Shown here piece by piece: positions 8,610 to 19,688 of a stretch of DNA of 64,000 bases. Source of the DNA: Candidatus Latescibacterota bacterium. Its GTDB lineage: Bacteria; Latescibacterota; UBA2968; UBA8231. The translations under genes were made by a program, and so were the position numbers. The notes under the pieces are model-generated. The model was not told where the DNA came from, did not search any database, and saw only the letters and a list, made by a program, of their open reading frames with translations. The DNA lies in NCBI GenBank assembly GCA_965203175.1, contig OZ241867.1, forward strand, positions 4,800,001 through 4,864,000, given 5' to 3'. Each line of letters begins with the position of its first letter. Positions within the stretch are counted from its first letter, which is position 1.

Positions 8610-10826
8610 ATGATCCGCTGCCGACTCACAATTACTTCGCCCCTGCCCGGCGATTGGGGCCGCATTCCCTTTTCACCCGTCGTCGACTTTGACCGTCTCA
8701 TTGCCCAGGCCGGCGTCCAAGGCGTACTCGACCCCAATTCCATTGTCGTAGTCGATCTCGCTAGCGGTACACCCGTCGCTTTTGCCCGCAGCGAGGACCT
8801 AGCCTACGGCGATCGGGGCCGCATTGAGTGGACCATAGACGAGCCCGACCATATTGAATATGAAATCCGCTTTGCCACGGCCGATTGCCGGCCAGCACTA
8901 GTGCCGCAGTCCTACGTCCCCTTGGTGGGCAACGGCGACCTGCTCTGCTACAACGCCCCTGACCCGCGCCCCTTGGTCCTGAGCAATTCCCTGCATCTAA
9001 TCGACCTGAGCGGCGACGGCTTGGCCGACTTAGTGGGCTGCTGGAATTACTACCACCGTCCCGGCGCGCCCGTAAGCGGCTTGGTCTGCTGTCCGCGCAT
9101 TGGCACCGCAGAGGACTTGCTCTTTGGCGATATGGCGCGCCTGCGCTATGTCGAGGACGGCGAATTAAAGCACTTTCCCGGAGTGTACGTGCGGGTCGCC
9201 TTTGCCGATATGGATGGCAACGGGCTGGTCGACTTGGCCTTTGCCGACCGCAGTTGCAGTCAGGTCGCCTTCTTTCGCAACACGGGGCAACGCGACGAGG
9301 GCAACCTGCCGCTTTTTGCCCCCTACGGCTCTATTGAGACCCCTTTTGCGACCATTGAGCACTTGCTTCTGCAAGATATCACCGGCAACGGCGCGGTCGA
9401 TTTAGTGGTCAACGGCCACCTCATTGCCAATCTCGCGGCCCCCGGCGCTCCCTTCCGACCCAGCCCACCCCAAGACTTGGGCAGCGGCCCGCACATTGCC
9501 TTTCTCGACCTAGATGGCGACGGCCGTTTGGAACTGATCGGCCTAGACGCCTACCCACCCCCAGACCAGCCGCACGCGCTCCACTGGCGCGGTCTCACTG
9601 GCACCAACCCCATTCAGTACGGCCCGCCCCAAGCCCTGCCCAACATACCCGACGTCGCGGACTGCACCCAACTGGCCGCCAGCCAGGAGCCACACCCCGG
9701 CCTCCTGTTGCAGTGCAACACCTATCAGCATCTAGTCTTTTACGAATTGACCGGTCCCGGCCAGCTAGTGAGGCGCGGCCCTCTCCAAGCCCCATCGCCC
9801 CCGGTCTCTTGGAGCGATCAGGCCTGGCCCTGCGCGGCGGACTGGGACAGTGACGGCGTTTGGGATCTGGTCATTGGCGGTGGCTATGGCTGGCCGCGTC
9901 TAGTGCACAACCGGGGCGACAACCAGCGTCCCGCCTTTGACGAACCGCAATTGATCCCCTCCTCCGAGGGCCCCATCCGGGTGCTGCGCGGCGATTTGCT
10001 GGGCGGCGATCACTGGCACAATATGGGCTACCCCTATCCCGTGCTGGTCGATTGGGACGGCGACGGCCTGCTCGACCTGATGCTGCCCAATGAGACCAAC
10101 CGCATTATCTGGCATCGAAATATAGGTACTGACAAAGTCCCTTATTTTGGGCCGCGCCAATTCATCGAAGTGGAAGGCTTCCCCGACTCGCCCCAGACCC
10201 GAGCCGAATCGGGCCTTTTGAGCGCCGACCCCAACTTGCCCAATCACCCCTACCCAACCGATCCCCGCTCGCCTTTCTTCTGGCGCACTGGCGCTGCTTT
10301 TGCCGACTGGAACGGCGACGGCCTAATGGATTTTATCACTCACAGCTATCAGCGCCAAGCCACGCTTTTTGTTCAGTACATGCACGACGATGGTCAGCCG
10401 AGGGTCAGAGCGGCGGGCCCAGTGCTATTGGAGGACGGCCGCCCCATTGACGATAGCCTTGTCGGGAGGCAAAAACACTGGACCGAATCCTTCCGCGCCT
10501 GCGACTGGGACGGCGATGGCTTGATCGATCTCATCTACAATCTCGCCGGCACGGGCGAGATCTACCTCTTGCGCAATGTCGGCTCACCGCAAGAGCCCGT
10601 CTTTGCGGCCCCCCGGCAATTCAAGTGCTACGGCACCCCCATTGCCTGTACCATCCACGGCCCCAGCGCCTGGGCCGGCGATCTCAACGGCGACGGCAAG
10701 CCCGATCTCTTGGCCTGCGTCGAGTGGAGTGTGTATCCCTTTTTCGCCCACGCCGCCCTAGAGATGGACCGCCATCCGCAATATCGGATCGAATTGGTGG
10801 GGTCGGTAGGAGAGCGGTGTCGCTGA
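8610..10826 (+). CDS. FG-GAP/VCBS-repeat protein
   Basis: Nine DxDGDGxxDL-type motifs (e.g. DLSGDGLADL, DWDGDGLLDL, DLNGDGKPDL). Confidence 0.85.
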   Translation: MIRCRLTITSPLPGDWGRIPFSPVVDFDRLIAQAGVQGVLDPNSIVVVDLASGTPVAFARSEDLAYGDRGRIEWTIDEPDHIEYEIRFATADCRPALVPQSYVPLVGNGDLLCYNAPDPRPLVLSNSLHLIDLSGDGLADLVGCWNYYHRPGAPVSGLVCCPRIGTAEDLLFGDMARLRYVEDGELKHFPGVYVRVAFADMDGNGLVDLAFADRSCSQVAFFRNTGQRDEGNLPLFAPYGSIETPFATIEHLLLQDITGNGAVDLVVNGHLIANLAAPGAPFRPSPPQDLGSGPHIAFLDLDGDGRLELIGLDAYPPPDQPHALHWRGLTGTNPIQYGPPQALPNIPDVADCTQLAASQEPHPGLLLQCNTYQHLVFYELTGPGQLVRRGPLQAPSPPVSWSDQAWPCAADWDSDGVWDLVIGGGYGWPRLVHNRGDNQRPAFDEPQLIPSSEGPIRVLRGDLLGGDHWHNMGYPYPVLVDWDGDGLLDLMLPNETNRIIWHRNIGTDKVPYFGPRQFIEVEGFPDSPQTRAESGLLSADPNLPNHPYPTDPRSPFFWRTGAAFADWNGDGLMDFITHSYQRQATLFVQYMHDDGQPRVRAAGPVLLEDGRPIDDSLVGRQKHWTESFRACDWDGDGLIDLIYNLAGTGEIYLLRNVGSPQEPVFAAPRQFKCYGTPIACTIHGPSAWAGDLNGDGKPDLLACVEWSVYPFFAHAALEMDRHPQYRIELVGSVGERCR

Positions 10827-10837
10827 AGAGAAATCCT

Positions 10838-13795
10838 ATGGAAAAAAAATGGCGTTTGGTCCGTGTCGCAGTGGCCGTATTCTCGATCTGCGGTGCAGGA
10901 GAAGTCGGCACCGAGACCAGAGAGTGGACAGCAGCAGAGGTAGACAGTGCTTTTGTAACGGTGGATCTGAGCGCGTACTACCACGGCAGATTCATCGGCA
11001 CGGATATGGGAGACGGGTACGGGATTGCCGAGGGGGAATTGCCCGAGGCGAACGCGCACATCGAGGTCGGGGGCATTCCCTTTCACATCGGCGACCGGGA
11101 GCGCGGGGACCACTTGGACGTGGGCTTGGCGCGCTGGCCCGACGTGGAACGGGATCCGGTGGGATTCTATTCGCACTACAAGCCGGCCTATGACGGAGAT
11201 CCCGAATGCCCAGTGGTGCACATCCCCCGGCAAAATTATTCTGGATTGTACCTCCTGTGCTTTGCCGACGCCGACACGGCAAAGACGCCCGTGGTGTCGT
11301 TCAGACTGGGATTACACGACGGCAACGGCATCCTCTTCGACAGCGCCATAGAGGTACCCCGGTGGAATGGACCAGGCAACGAGTGGGTCGTGACACAGGT
11401 GCCGCTGCGCCTGATCGGGGCAACCGGCGAAGAGCAAGGCCACCTCTTTGTAGTCAAGGCACCGCTGCGCTCAGGCGACACCCAAGACATCGTTGCCGAG
11501 GGAGCGCATCTGGATCTGGAACTGACCAAGGAATTGCACGTGGCCGTGCGCAATCCCGACCCAGCTCGCTTCCGCAAGCGGGCGCTGGGCCGTCCCAGCG
11601 CCGTGCGCGTACTAGGCCTCACGCTTGCTGTAGCACCGGTGCAGATGCGGGTGGAATCCGACGAAGTGGGCAATATATTTGTCGCGCCACAGGTGCCGGC
11701 CTTCACTATCGCCCTGCGCAACGCCACGGCCGAGGTGCGACAAACTCGAGTCGAGGCCGTGGTGACCGATTATTACGGAGCGGAGAGCCGGACGCGGGAA
11801 AATCTGCGCCTAGCACCTCTGGCTGCCGACACCCTGCGCCTCGAATTGCCGCAGGAAAAGCGCGGTTATTTCGCGGCGGTCTTCCACCTCTTCGACAGCG
11901 CCTCAGACGCGTTGCTGCAACGCCATACGACCTTTGCACTCCTACCCGAGGACCGACGCCAGGCGACCTATGCGGACTCGCCCTTTGGCACCTGGTGTTT
12001 TGGCACGGGGCACCGGGGCACCACCGTAGACCGGGCCGGACCACTGATGTACAAGGCGGGGATAAGGCGCACCTTGGGCGCGTACGGTTATGAGGCCCTC
12101 AAGAAATACGGCCTGACGCGCGGCCAGCACAGCAGCATCGTCGGCACGCATAAAGTCGGTGAAAGCGATCTGGAAGGTCTGCGCCGGACCTTCGCCCAGT
12201 GGCCCGACACGCGCCAAGCCCTGGTTTTCCACGAGAGCAATATCGGCCCGCTGAAGACCCATCCAGGTTTTATCATAGGCACCCAGCCCGCCCCACTGGA
12301 TTCGGCGACCCAAGCCGAGCTCGAGCGACGCTGGGTAGCAGCGACTACGGCCAGCGCCGCGGTGCGCCGCCTCGACCCAGACATGGAACTGGTCTTCGGC
12401 AATATGGTGCAGCCAGCGATCGAGCAATACTTGGCGCGCGGTTATCCGCGCCAGTACATCGATCGCTTGGGCGAAGAGTCGCCCGGCTTCATGCGCATGC
12501 CCGAACGCCAGCCCGAAGTGGCCGGCTTCTCCAGCCTGTGGTGGATGAAGGAGATGGCACGGCACTACGGGTACGGCGATGTCGGTCTGGCTGTCTCGTA
12601 CGAGTGGATGTACCACTCGACCAACCCCGGCAATCTCGACCAGCGCACGGCCGCCGCCTACAATGTGCGCGACTGCCTGCTGGCACTCGCCTACGGCGTG
12701 CCTCACGTCAACCCAGCGCTGGCCTACGACGTGGCCAACGCCTATTACTTCTCCAACTGGGGCGCTTCCGGCCTGTGCCACCGCCCGCCCGAGCTCAACC
12801 CCAAACCCGGGTACGTGGCCTACGCTACCCTGACGGCGCAGCTCGACCAAGCGCGCTTCTCGCGCAAATTGGCTACGGGCTCGACGAGCGTCTTTGCGCT
12901 GGAATTCGCCCGGGCAGACGGGCAGAAGGTATATGCCCTGTGGACCATTCGCGGCGAGAGAGAAATCATCCTGTCCGTGCGCGAAACGGAGGTCGCCGCG
13001 GTGACGGATGCCATGGGCAACGCTGCGCCCGTGGCGAGCAAGGCCGGCGAGGTCGTGGTGGTTGTGGATAATTCACCGCGCTACCTCAGCGGCGTCGAAG
13101 TCATGGCCGTGCGCGCCGGCACTGGGCGTTATGCGGCAGCGCCCGGCCCAGATGCCGTCCTCCTGCACGAACTCGACGACCCCGGTACTTGGCGGGTGAG
13201 CGCGCGCCAAGACACGACCTTCGAGAATTACACTTGGGACGTGGTGCGGCGTCCGGGGCGTTTTTCCTGGAGCGCGGTGCAGGACAGCGAGCGCGGTGCG
13301 GTCGCACGGGTGGCGTTGGCCGGTCCGCAAGGGGGACCGGACGTGGCGGCCTATTACAACTTCTGTGAGATGAGTGAAGCCGTCGTCCTACCGGGGGCTC
13401 CGCGCCAAATCGGCCTGTGGATCTACGGCAATTCGAGCTGGAGCCGCATCGTCTTTGCCCTAGAGGACGCCGAGGGCGAAGAGTGGGTCCACCTGGGCGC
13501 CGAACTCAACGGCCGCGCCGACTGGAACACCAACGACAGCGAGAGCACGTCCTTTGTCAATTTTGACGGCTGGCGCTACATGGGTATCGACCTGCCGGGC
13601 GAATACCCGTTTGAGCGCTACCAGTGGCCGCGCAAGTGCAATTGGCGCGCCACCGGCGGCAATGGGCTGGTCGATTACCCGCTGCGGCTCAAAGGTTTCT
13701 TCGTGCAGTTGCGCGAAAAGCTGGTGTACGTCGACGAGATGGTACCGGCGCAGAGCCGACACCTACTGCTCGACGATCTGATGTGTTCTTACTGA
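10838..13795 (+). CDS. Large secreted glycoside-hydrolase-like protein (clan GH-A-like)
   Basis: Signal-like N-terminus MEKKWRLVRVAVAVF; SPFG, FHESN, VSYEW, GL......PKPGYVAYATL, VNFDGWR; an alternative GTG start at 10817. Confidence 0.65.
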   Translation: MEKKWRLVRVAVAVFSICGAGEVGTETREWTAAEVDSAFVTVDLSAYYHGRFIGTDMGDGYGIAEGELPEANAHIEVGGIPFHIGDRERGDHLDVGLARWPDVERDPVGFYSHYKPAYDGDPECPVVHIPRQNYSGLYLLCFADADTAKTPVVSFRLGLHDGNGILFDSAIEVPRWNGPGNEWVVTQVPLRLIGATGEEQGHLFVVKAPLRSGDTQDIVAEGAHLDLELTKELHVAVRNPDPARFRKRALGRPSAVRVLGLTLAVAPVQMRVESDEVGNIFVAPQVPAFTIALRNATAEVRQTRVEAVVTDYYGAESRTRENLRLAPLAADTLRLELPQEKRGYFAAVFHLFDSASDALLQRHTTFALLPEDRRQATYADSPFGTWCFGTGHRGTTVDRAGPLMYKAGIRRTLGAYGYEALKKYGLTRGQHSSIVGTHKVGESDLEGLRRTFAQWPDTRQALVFHESNIGPLKTHPGFIIGTQPAPLDSATQAELERRWVAATTASAAVRRLDPDMELVFGNMVQPAIEQYLARGYPRQYIDRLGEESPGFMRMPERQPEVAGFSSLWWMKEMARHYGYGDVGLAVSYEWMYHSTNPGNLDQRTAAAYNVRDCLLALAYGVPHVNPALAYDVANAYYFSNWGASGLCHRPPELNPKPGYVAYATLTAQLDQARFSRKLATGSTSVFALEFARADGQKVYALWTIRGEREIILSVRETEVAAVTDAMGNAAPVASKAGEVVVVVDNSPRYLSGVEVMAVRAGTGRYAAAPGPDAVLLHELDDPGTWRVSARQDTTFENYTWDVVRRPGRFSWSAVQDSERGAVARVALAGPQGGPDVAAYYNFCEMSEAVVLPGAPRQIGLWIYGNSSWSRIVFALEDAEGEEWVHLGAELNGRADWNTNDSESTSFVNFDGWRYMGIDLPGEYPFERYQWPRKCNWRATGGNGLVDYPLRLKGFFVQLREKLVYVDEMVPAQSRHLLLDDLMCSY

Positions 13796-14032
13796 TCTAC
13801 TCGACTCTTCGCCGATGGATTTGTCACTCTATTTCCCGTGGAAACGAGAATCCGTGAAAATGAACACCGCGGATCCCGGCGCTTCAACCTCCAAAATTTC
13901 GGTGCCAGTCCAGCTGCACTGAAGATCAGTTGCAGACTGGAGTCGTCTCCCGGAGCAGTGAGCGGATTGTTCACTATGGCATTTTTCAATACTTTGGCTG
14001 CTGACGCGACCCCCAATGCCGGAGCTTCTCCA

Positions 14033-15064
14033 ATGAAAGTCCTCGTACGCCAGCGCGATCTCTCCGACGACTACCTGCGCTTCGCCGTGCAGATCGGAGC
14101 GGACGGCATCGATATCCACAACGCGGAAAGCCTACCTGGGTTTGCCGAGCAGGGCTACCCGCACTTAGAGGAATTGCGCATACTGAAAGCCCGAGTCGAG
14201 GCAGCCGGACTACACATCTACCGCGTCACCCCGGCCGAACCAATCCGCTTCCTGAGCGGCGAGCCCGGTGGCGAGGCGCAGCTCGACGCCCTGTGCACGG
14301 CGATCGAGATCATCGGGCGCGTGGGCATTCCATTCATGTCGATGCCCGTCCATCTGGCGCAGACGCCGGCGTACCGGCACCACAATCCGGGCTACCGCGG
14401 CGGCTACACCAAGGTCCATCGGGGTGGCTACCGCATGGGTGCTTTCGATGCCGAGCGCCTGCGGCAAAGCCTCGCCGCCGATCCCATTGAGCCTTTCGAC
14501 CCAGAGGAGCACTGGCAACGCTGCGTGCACATGTACGAACGGCTCGTACCCGTGGCCGAGGCCTGCGACGTGCGGCTCATCATCCATCCCTCCGACCCAC
14601 CCCTGCCCGATAGCGAACTCTCCCCCCGGCGCTGGACAGACATCTTAGATGCAGTGCCCAGCGACCACAGTGGTCTGCTCTACTGCATCGGCACCCGCTA
14701 CGAAGCCCTCGGGGACGGCGTTCTCGACGACATCCGCCACTGGGGTCGGCAGGGAAAAATCTTCCACACCCACTTCCGCAACGTCCAGGGGACAGTGCCC
14801 GGCGGCGGGTACGCCGAAGTCGGACTAGACGACGGCGACATGAATATGTTTGCCGTGCTCGAAACGCTGCGCGAGGTAGGTTTCAACGGCGGCTTGCAAA
14901 TGGATCACCTGCCGCACTACGACGACGACGGCGAACAGCGCGCGGCCACCGCCTTTGCCGTGGGTTATACAAAGGCGTTGCTCCAGGCTCTCGATGGGCT
15001 GGCGTCATTTGCGCCAAAGACTACATCAGCCGCAAATCGTCCGCATGAGGTCGAGTCATCCTGA
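14033..15064 (+). CDS. uxuA: Mannonate dehydratase (UxuA) family
   Basis: HPSDPP, KIFHTHFRNV.G, DDGDMNM, MDHLP, AFAVGY. Confidence 0.8.
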   Translation: MKVLVRQRDLSDDYLRFAVQIGADGIDIHNAESLPGFAEQGYPHLEELRILKARVEAAGLHIYRVTPAEPIRFLSGEPGGEAQLDALCTAIEIIGRVGIPFMSMPVHLAQTPAYRHHNPGYRGGYTKVHRGGYRMGAFDAERLRQSLAADPIEPFDPEEHWQRCVHMYERLVPVAEACDVRLIIHPSDPPLPDSELSPRRWTDILDAVPSDHSGLLYCIGTRYEALGDGVLDDIRHWGRQGKIFHTHFRNVQGTVPGGGYAEVGLDDGDMNMFAVLETLREVGFNGGLQMDHLPHYDDDGEQRAATAFAVGYTKALLQALDGLASFAPKTTSAANRPHEVESS

Positions 15065-15136
15065 TTCCCGGCAACACCCCATCTTACGCCGGGGCCGCCG
15101 TCGCACCGGGCTTGCCAGCCACCAAGGAGATCCGAC

Positions 15137-16384
15137 GTGAAGGTGGCTAGTGTCGAACTCACGAACCTCGACGTGCCATTCGAGCAGTATGCTGGTCAGC
15201 ACCTGCAGTACTGGATTGCGCCGTGGCGGATCGTTCAGGTATGCAAGCTGACGCTGGACAACGGCGTTGTCGGTTGGGGTGAGACCATCCCGAACGCCAC
15301 CCATGCCCGGGTACCTGACGACATCGCAGAACGAATCGTCGGTGAAGAGGCAGCGGCTCTATTATGGAGAGACGAGCTCGGCGCTGGCGTGCAGATCGCC
15401 CTATTCGATGCCGTAGCGAAAAACGAGAACGTCCCGATCTGCGACCTGCTTGGGCCGCAGGTACGCAACGGGTGTCCGATCTCCTGGTGGACCTGCGACA
15501 TGGGCCCGGAAGATTGGGCTCGACAGTGCGAGATGGCCGTTGCGCGGGGATACATGTCGGCCAAGCTCAAGACGAGGCCGTGGCAGGATTTGCACGCCTG
15601 CTTGCAGGCGGTGCTGCGCGTAATTCCGCCGCAATTTAGACTCGACCTCGATTTCAACGGCCACCTAGTGAATGCCGCCAATGCAGTCCCGCTGCTAAAA
15701 TCGCTCGAGCAGTACGAGCAACTGGCGATGATCGAAACTCCGATACCGCAGGAAGATATCGCTGGCAACCTCCAAGTCCGGTCGCGAATCAACCGGCCCA
15801 TCGCCATGCACGTGGACAGGCCTCCGATCATGACAGTGCTGCGCGACGACATCGCGGACGGCCTAATTGTCGGGGGCGGTGCCTCGCAGCTAATGCAACA
15901 GCAGGCCGTAGTCGCGGCCGCCAACAAGCCGTTCTGGCTGCAACTGGTCGGCACCGGCATCACCACAGCCTGGGCGGCTCACGTGGGGGCGGTCTGCCCC
16001 GAGGCCCGGTGGCCGGCCATCACCTGCATGAACATCTACCAGAGTCAGCTGCTGCAGAGACCCATCGAGGTGCAGGGCGGCTACTACCCGGTTCCCGCAG
16101 GGCCCGGTCTGGGTATCGAGATCGATGAGGCGGCGGTGCAGAAATACGCGGTGGATTACTCGACAGTACGCGAAGTTCGCCACTTTTATCGCTATGTCCG
16201 CTCCGGCGGCGAGAGCGCGCACATCGCCGGCAACAGGAGCGCTTTCCACGGGCGCTACCGGCAAGCTGGACTGCCCCTTTTCGAGGCCGGCTCGACGCTC
16301 GAGGTCATCGCCGACGACGGCAGCAGCGAATTCGCCGAGTTCTACAGCGAGATCGAGCGGCGCGGCGTACTCTTCGGAGAATAA
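15137..16384 (+). CDS. Mandelate racemase/muconate lactonizing enzyme (enolase superfamily)
   Basis: GWGE, KLK, LDFN, IETP, GPGLGIEIDE. Confidence 0.85.
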   Translation: MKVASVELTNLDVPFEQYAGQHLQYWIAPWRIVQVCKLTLDNGVVGWGETIPNATHARVPDDIAERIVGEEAAALLWRDELGAGVQIALFDAVAKNENVPICDLLGPQVRNGCPISWWTCDMGPEDWARQCEMAVARGYMSAKLKTRPWQDLHACLQAVLRVIPPQFRLDLDFNGHLVNAANAVPLLKSLEQYEQLAMIETPIPQEDIAGNLQVRSRINRPIAMHVDRPPIMTVLRDDIADGLIVGGGASQLMQQQAVVAAANKPFWLQLVGTGITTAWAAHVGAVCPEARWPAITCMNIYQSQLLQRPIEVQGGYYPVPAGPGLGIEIDEAAVQKYAVDYSTVREVRHFYRYVRSGGESAHIAGNRSAFHGRYRQAGLPLFEAGSTLEVIADDGSSEFAEFYSEIERRGVLFGE

Positions 16385-16389
16385 GAACC

Positions 16390-17502
16390 ATGCCCAACTA
16401 CTGCCCCACCTCCCGCGACTGGCAACGCCACAGCCCCACCCAAGCAGGCTTCGACGCCGACAAACTAGCCGCGGCATTGGCCTTCGCCCAGACCCAAGAG
16501 ATCCAAGCCTCCACCAATTTGGCCGACATGCTGCCCAAGGGCGACCGCCATCCCAACGACCGCCCTCTAGGCCCGCTCAAAAAACGCGGTACCACAGCCG
16601 GCCTGATTGTGCGACAAGGGTATCTAGTCGCCACCTTCGGCCCAGTCGATAGCGTCGAAGTTACCTTCAGTTGCGCCAAGAGCTATATCTCGGCAGTGGC
16701 CGGAGTGGCCTTTGACCAAGGGTTAATCCGCGATCTAGACGAACCCGTCGGCCGCACGGTCGCGGACGGTGGCTTTGACGCGCCGCAGAATCAGTCAATC
16801 ACCTGGCGTCATTTGCTGCAACAAACCAGCGAATGGGAAGGCGAACTCTTCGGCATCCCCGACTGGATTGACCGCGGCCGAGAACTAGGCCAAGGTGCGG
16901 CCGAAGCTACAGTGGGCGGCACGGCCTCTAGCGCCGACAATTACCGCTCTCTCGAATCGCCCGGCACCTTTTGGGAGTACAACGACGTGCGCGTCAACCG
17001 CACAGCTCTCAGCCTATTGCGCCTTTTCCGTGGCCCCTTACCCCCTGTACTCAAAGAGACCATCATGGACCCCATTGGGGCCTCTTCCACTTGGGAATGG
17101 CACGGATACGAAACCTCTTGGGTCGAAGAAAGCGGCCAAACGGTCCAATCCGTCTCCGGCGGCACGCACTGGGGCGGCGGCCTGTGGATCACTTCCTACG
17201 ACCACGCCCGCTTTGGCCTGCTCTTCCAGCGGCGAGGGCGCTGGAACGGCCGTCAACTCCTATCCGAACAGTGGCTTGAGCACTCTCTCACCCCTTGTCC
17301 CATCAAGCCCGAATACGGCTTCCTGTGGTGGCTCAACTACCAGCACGACATGTCCGATTTGGCCTGTCTTGACAGCTTTGCGGCGCGCGGAGCCGGCGGC
17401 AACATCGTCTTCGTCGAGCCGGAGCGCGAACTAGTCATCGTCCTGCGCTGGTGCGGCAACGCCAAAGCCGTGATTGACCGCATCCTCTCCAGTGAAGTTT
17501 GA
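16390..17502 (+). CDS. Serine hydrolase, beta-lactamase class C-like family
   Basis: SxxK motif (SCAK), ITWRHLL, YGFLWW, ARGAGG. Confidence 0.85.
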   Translation: MPNYCPTSRDWQRHSPTQAGFDADKLAAALAFAQTQEIQASTNLADMLPKGDRHPNDRPLGPLKKRGTTAGLIVRQGYLVATFGPVDSVEVTFSCAKSYISAVAGVAFDQGLIRDLDEPVGRTVADGGFDAPQNQSITWRHLLQQTSEWEGELFGIPDWIDRGRELGQGAAEATVGGTASSADNYRSLESPGTFWEYNDVRVNRTALSLLRLFRGPLPPVLKETIMDPIGASSTWEWHGYETSWVEESGQTVQSVSGGTHWGGGLWITSYDHARFGLLFQRRGRWNGRQLLSEQWLEHSLTPCPIKPEYGFLWWLNYQHDMSDLACLDSFAARGAGGNIVFVEPERELVIVLRWCGNAKAVIDRILSSEV

Positions 17503-17580
17503 TGCCCGACTGAGTCCTACTATCACGTCATCTCATTCGTTATATTCCCCCGTTATTACTCCTAGCGAAGATACTATCCA

Positions 17581-19675
17581 ATGCGCGATGCTTGGCTCTT
17601 GGTCCTGGTCCTCGCAGCCACGGTTAGCCACGCCCAGATTGCAAAGTGGCAGATCGGCGGCAGCGGTCTGGCTTGGGACCAAGGCGACTCCCTGCAGATT
17701 TTGGTCGATTTTGCCAACGTCCCCGGTTCGATCCAACCACTCTATCTACAGCCGGACCAAAACCTCCTTCCTCTGCTGGAAAATTGGCAATTCTGGCGAG
17801 TTCCCGGCGTGAGAAATCTCAGCTATGTCGATGGCTATATGCCACGCGTTTGGAAGCGGTGGAATGGCAGAGGCGGCGACCCGACTCAGAGTGGCGTCTT
17901 CCTAGTCGACGCAGACTCCACCACCTACAACGCACCTCGCTCGGAAGGCATACAGGACCAGTTCTATACCATCGACACCGCCGTGCCGGTACCCGCCCAA
18001 CAGTTCGGGTTCTATACGCCTCCTCAAGGATTTCGCTCCGACGGCACCCCGCTGAACACTGATGCCACCCCGGCTTTCGACGTCTCCATCGGCGACGAAT
18101 CCGAGCCCGTCGTAACCGGCCCCGCTAGCAAAGCCGGCGGTGAGGATTTCTGCACCAGCAACATAGGGGTCTGGCTACTGGAAAACTGCCCTGAATCTTG
18201 GCGATCCGCCGGCTATGCACCCTTCCAACAAGTGGTGGCCAGCGTGGCCGAAAACCTCGATCCCACCGTCCACGTCGATTTCCCCCGTCAGTACGTGCGC
18301 TACTTCCGCTGGCGGCGGCAACTGTCGCTCCTCGACGAAGAGGCAGTTGACCTGTGGCGGCGCGGGCGTCCAGGCCCATGCGCTCAAGGGTTCCATCGGC
18401 GGCTTCGAGATCTTCGCTTGGGGCGTGCCGCAGCGCGCCGTCTACCTCAGCCGGATCGTCGATCTCGGCCAGGCCGTCAACTTTGGCCGCCTGTATTGGT
18501 CGGCAACGCCGCTGCGACTGGAAAACGGCGCAGTCGTCGAAGTGCCCGACGCCCAGGTCTGGCTCAAGGCCGAAGTTCGCATCGGACGCGACGGCGATCC
18601 CGCGACGTACAACGAGTTCACTGACCTCGGACGCGAAAAGGAAGTTTCGCGCGAGCATTACGAGTCACTCACGCCGCAGTTCACTCGCGATCCCCAACCT
18701 GGGTTGCGCGCCCCGATAGGCTACGACAGCGACAACTGGTCCTTCTGGTCGGTGCCCGTTACCAAATCCGGGGAGCACCTCAGACTCAGAAACGGCTCGC
18801 ACCTGCAGCTCAATCTCTCGCTGGAAAGCCGGGACTTTGACGCGTGGATCCGCCTCGATTCGCTGTGGATCGAGATCGCTCCGCTCCTAGCCGAAGAAGT
18901 CGTCGCCGAGGTGGCGCGCCTGGATGATCTGCAACCGGTCCGGGGCATCGTCGAGGTGGAATTGGGCCAATGGACCGAATTCGCCTACCAGATCAGAGCC
19001 AAATTCGCGGACGGGGCCGCAGCCGGGTTCGACGCGCTGCACATCAGCACCGGCAGTCGCCCCGCCTTCCGCAGCCTAGAAATGGGCACTCCGCTCTCAG
19101 CCGTCGTCCCCGCTCTAGTGCTGGAGGAGGAAGACGGCCTGACCATTCATCTGAGCGAAAAAATAACCCGCGCCAACAACGCGCCCATCCGCGTCGTCTT
19201 CGCCAGCAAAGTGTTCGAATTGGCCGATACCTTTACGGGCGAGCTTCTCGACACCAGCAGCCAGAGCCTGCCGCAACTTATCGCACCCGGCGATGCCAGC
19301 GAGACCATTTCAACCAGCAGCCTGCGGGTCTTGGGCGCGGCGGGCGAGTCGCCCGATTTCATCCAAGCGCTGGCCCTCTCCACGCCGGTGCTGACCCCCA
19401 ACGGGGACGGAGTCCACGACAGGCTCGATATCAGTTATGCCCTATTCCGCCTCACCGATTCCGTACCCGTGGTGCTGGAAGTCTACGCCCTCGACGGCCG
19501 CCGCGTCGCCCGTCTCGACCAAGGGCTCCAGGGTGCCGGCCCCCGCCAACTCGCCTGGGACGGCCGCGACGCAGCAGGCCGCCTGCTGCCGCCGGGCCTC
19601 TACCTGCTCTCCGTCGCACTGCAGACCGAATTCGTCCAAGCTAGGCAATTGCTGCCGCTGGGCATAGCCTATTAA
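17581..19675 (+). pseudogene. Secreted FlgD-Ig/CTD-tailed protein split by a +1 frameshift near 18345
   Basis: Frame 1 (signal peptide...LDEEA) becomes junk after ~18345, while frame 2 becomes plausible (LTCGG...GVPQRAVYLSRIVDLG...LTPNGDG...WDGRD..G..LPPGLY). Confidence 0.75.
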
Positions 19676-19688
19676 CAGGAAGCGCACT

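Noticed and set aside
10625-10816. Extended start of the 1056-aa ORF
   Set aside because: Overlaps the FG-GAP gene; the signal peptide begins at 10817/10838
11206-13071. Long overlapping ORFs (295, 302, 290 aa)
   Set aside because: Shadow frames of a GC-rich gene with no recognisable motifs
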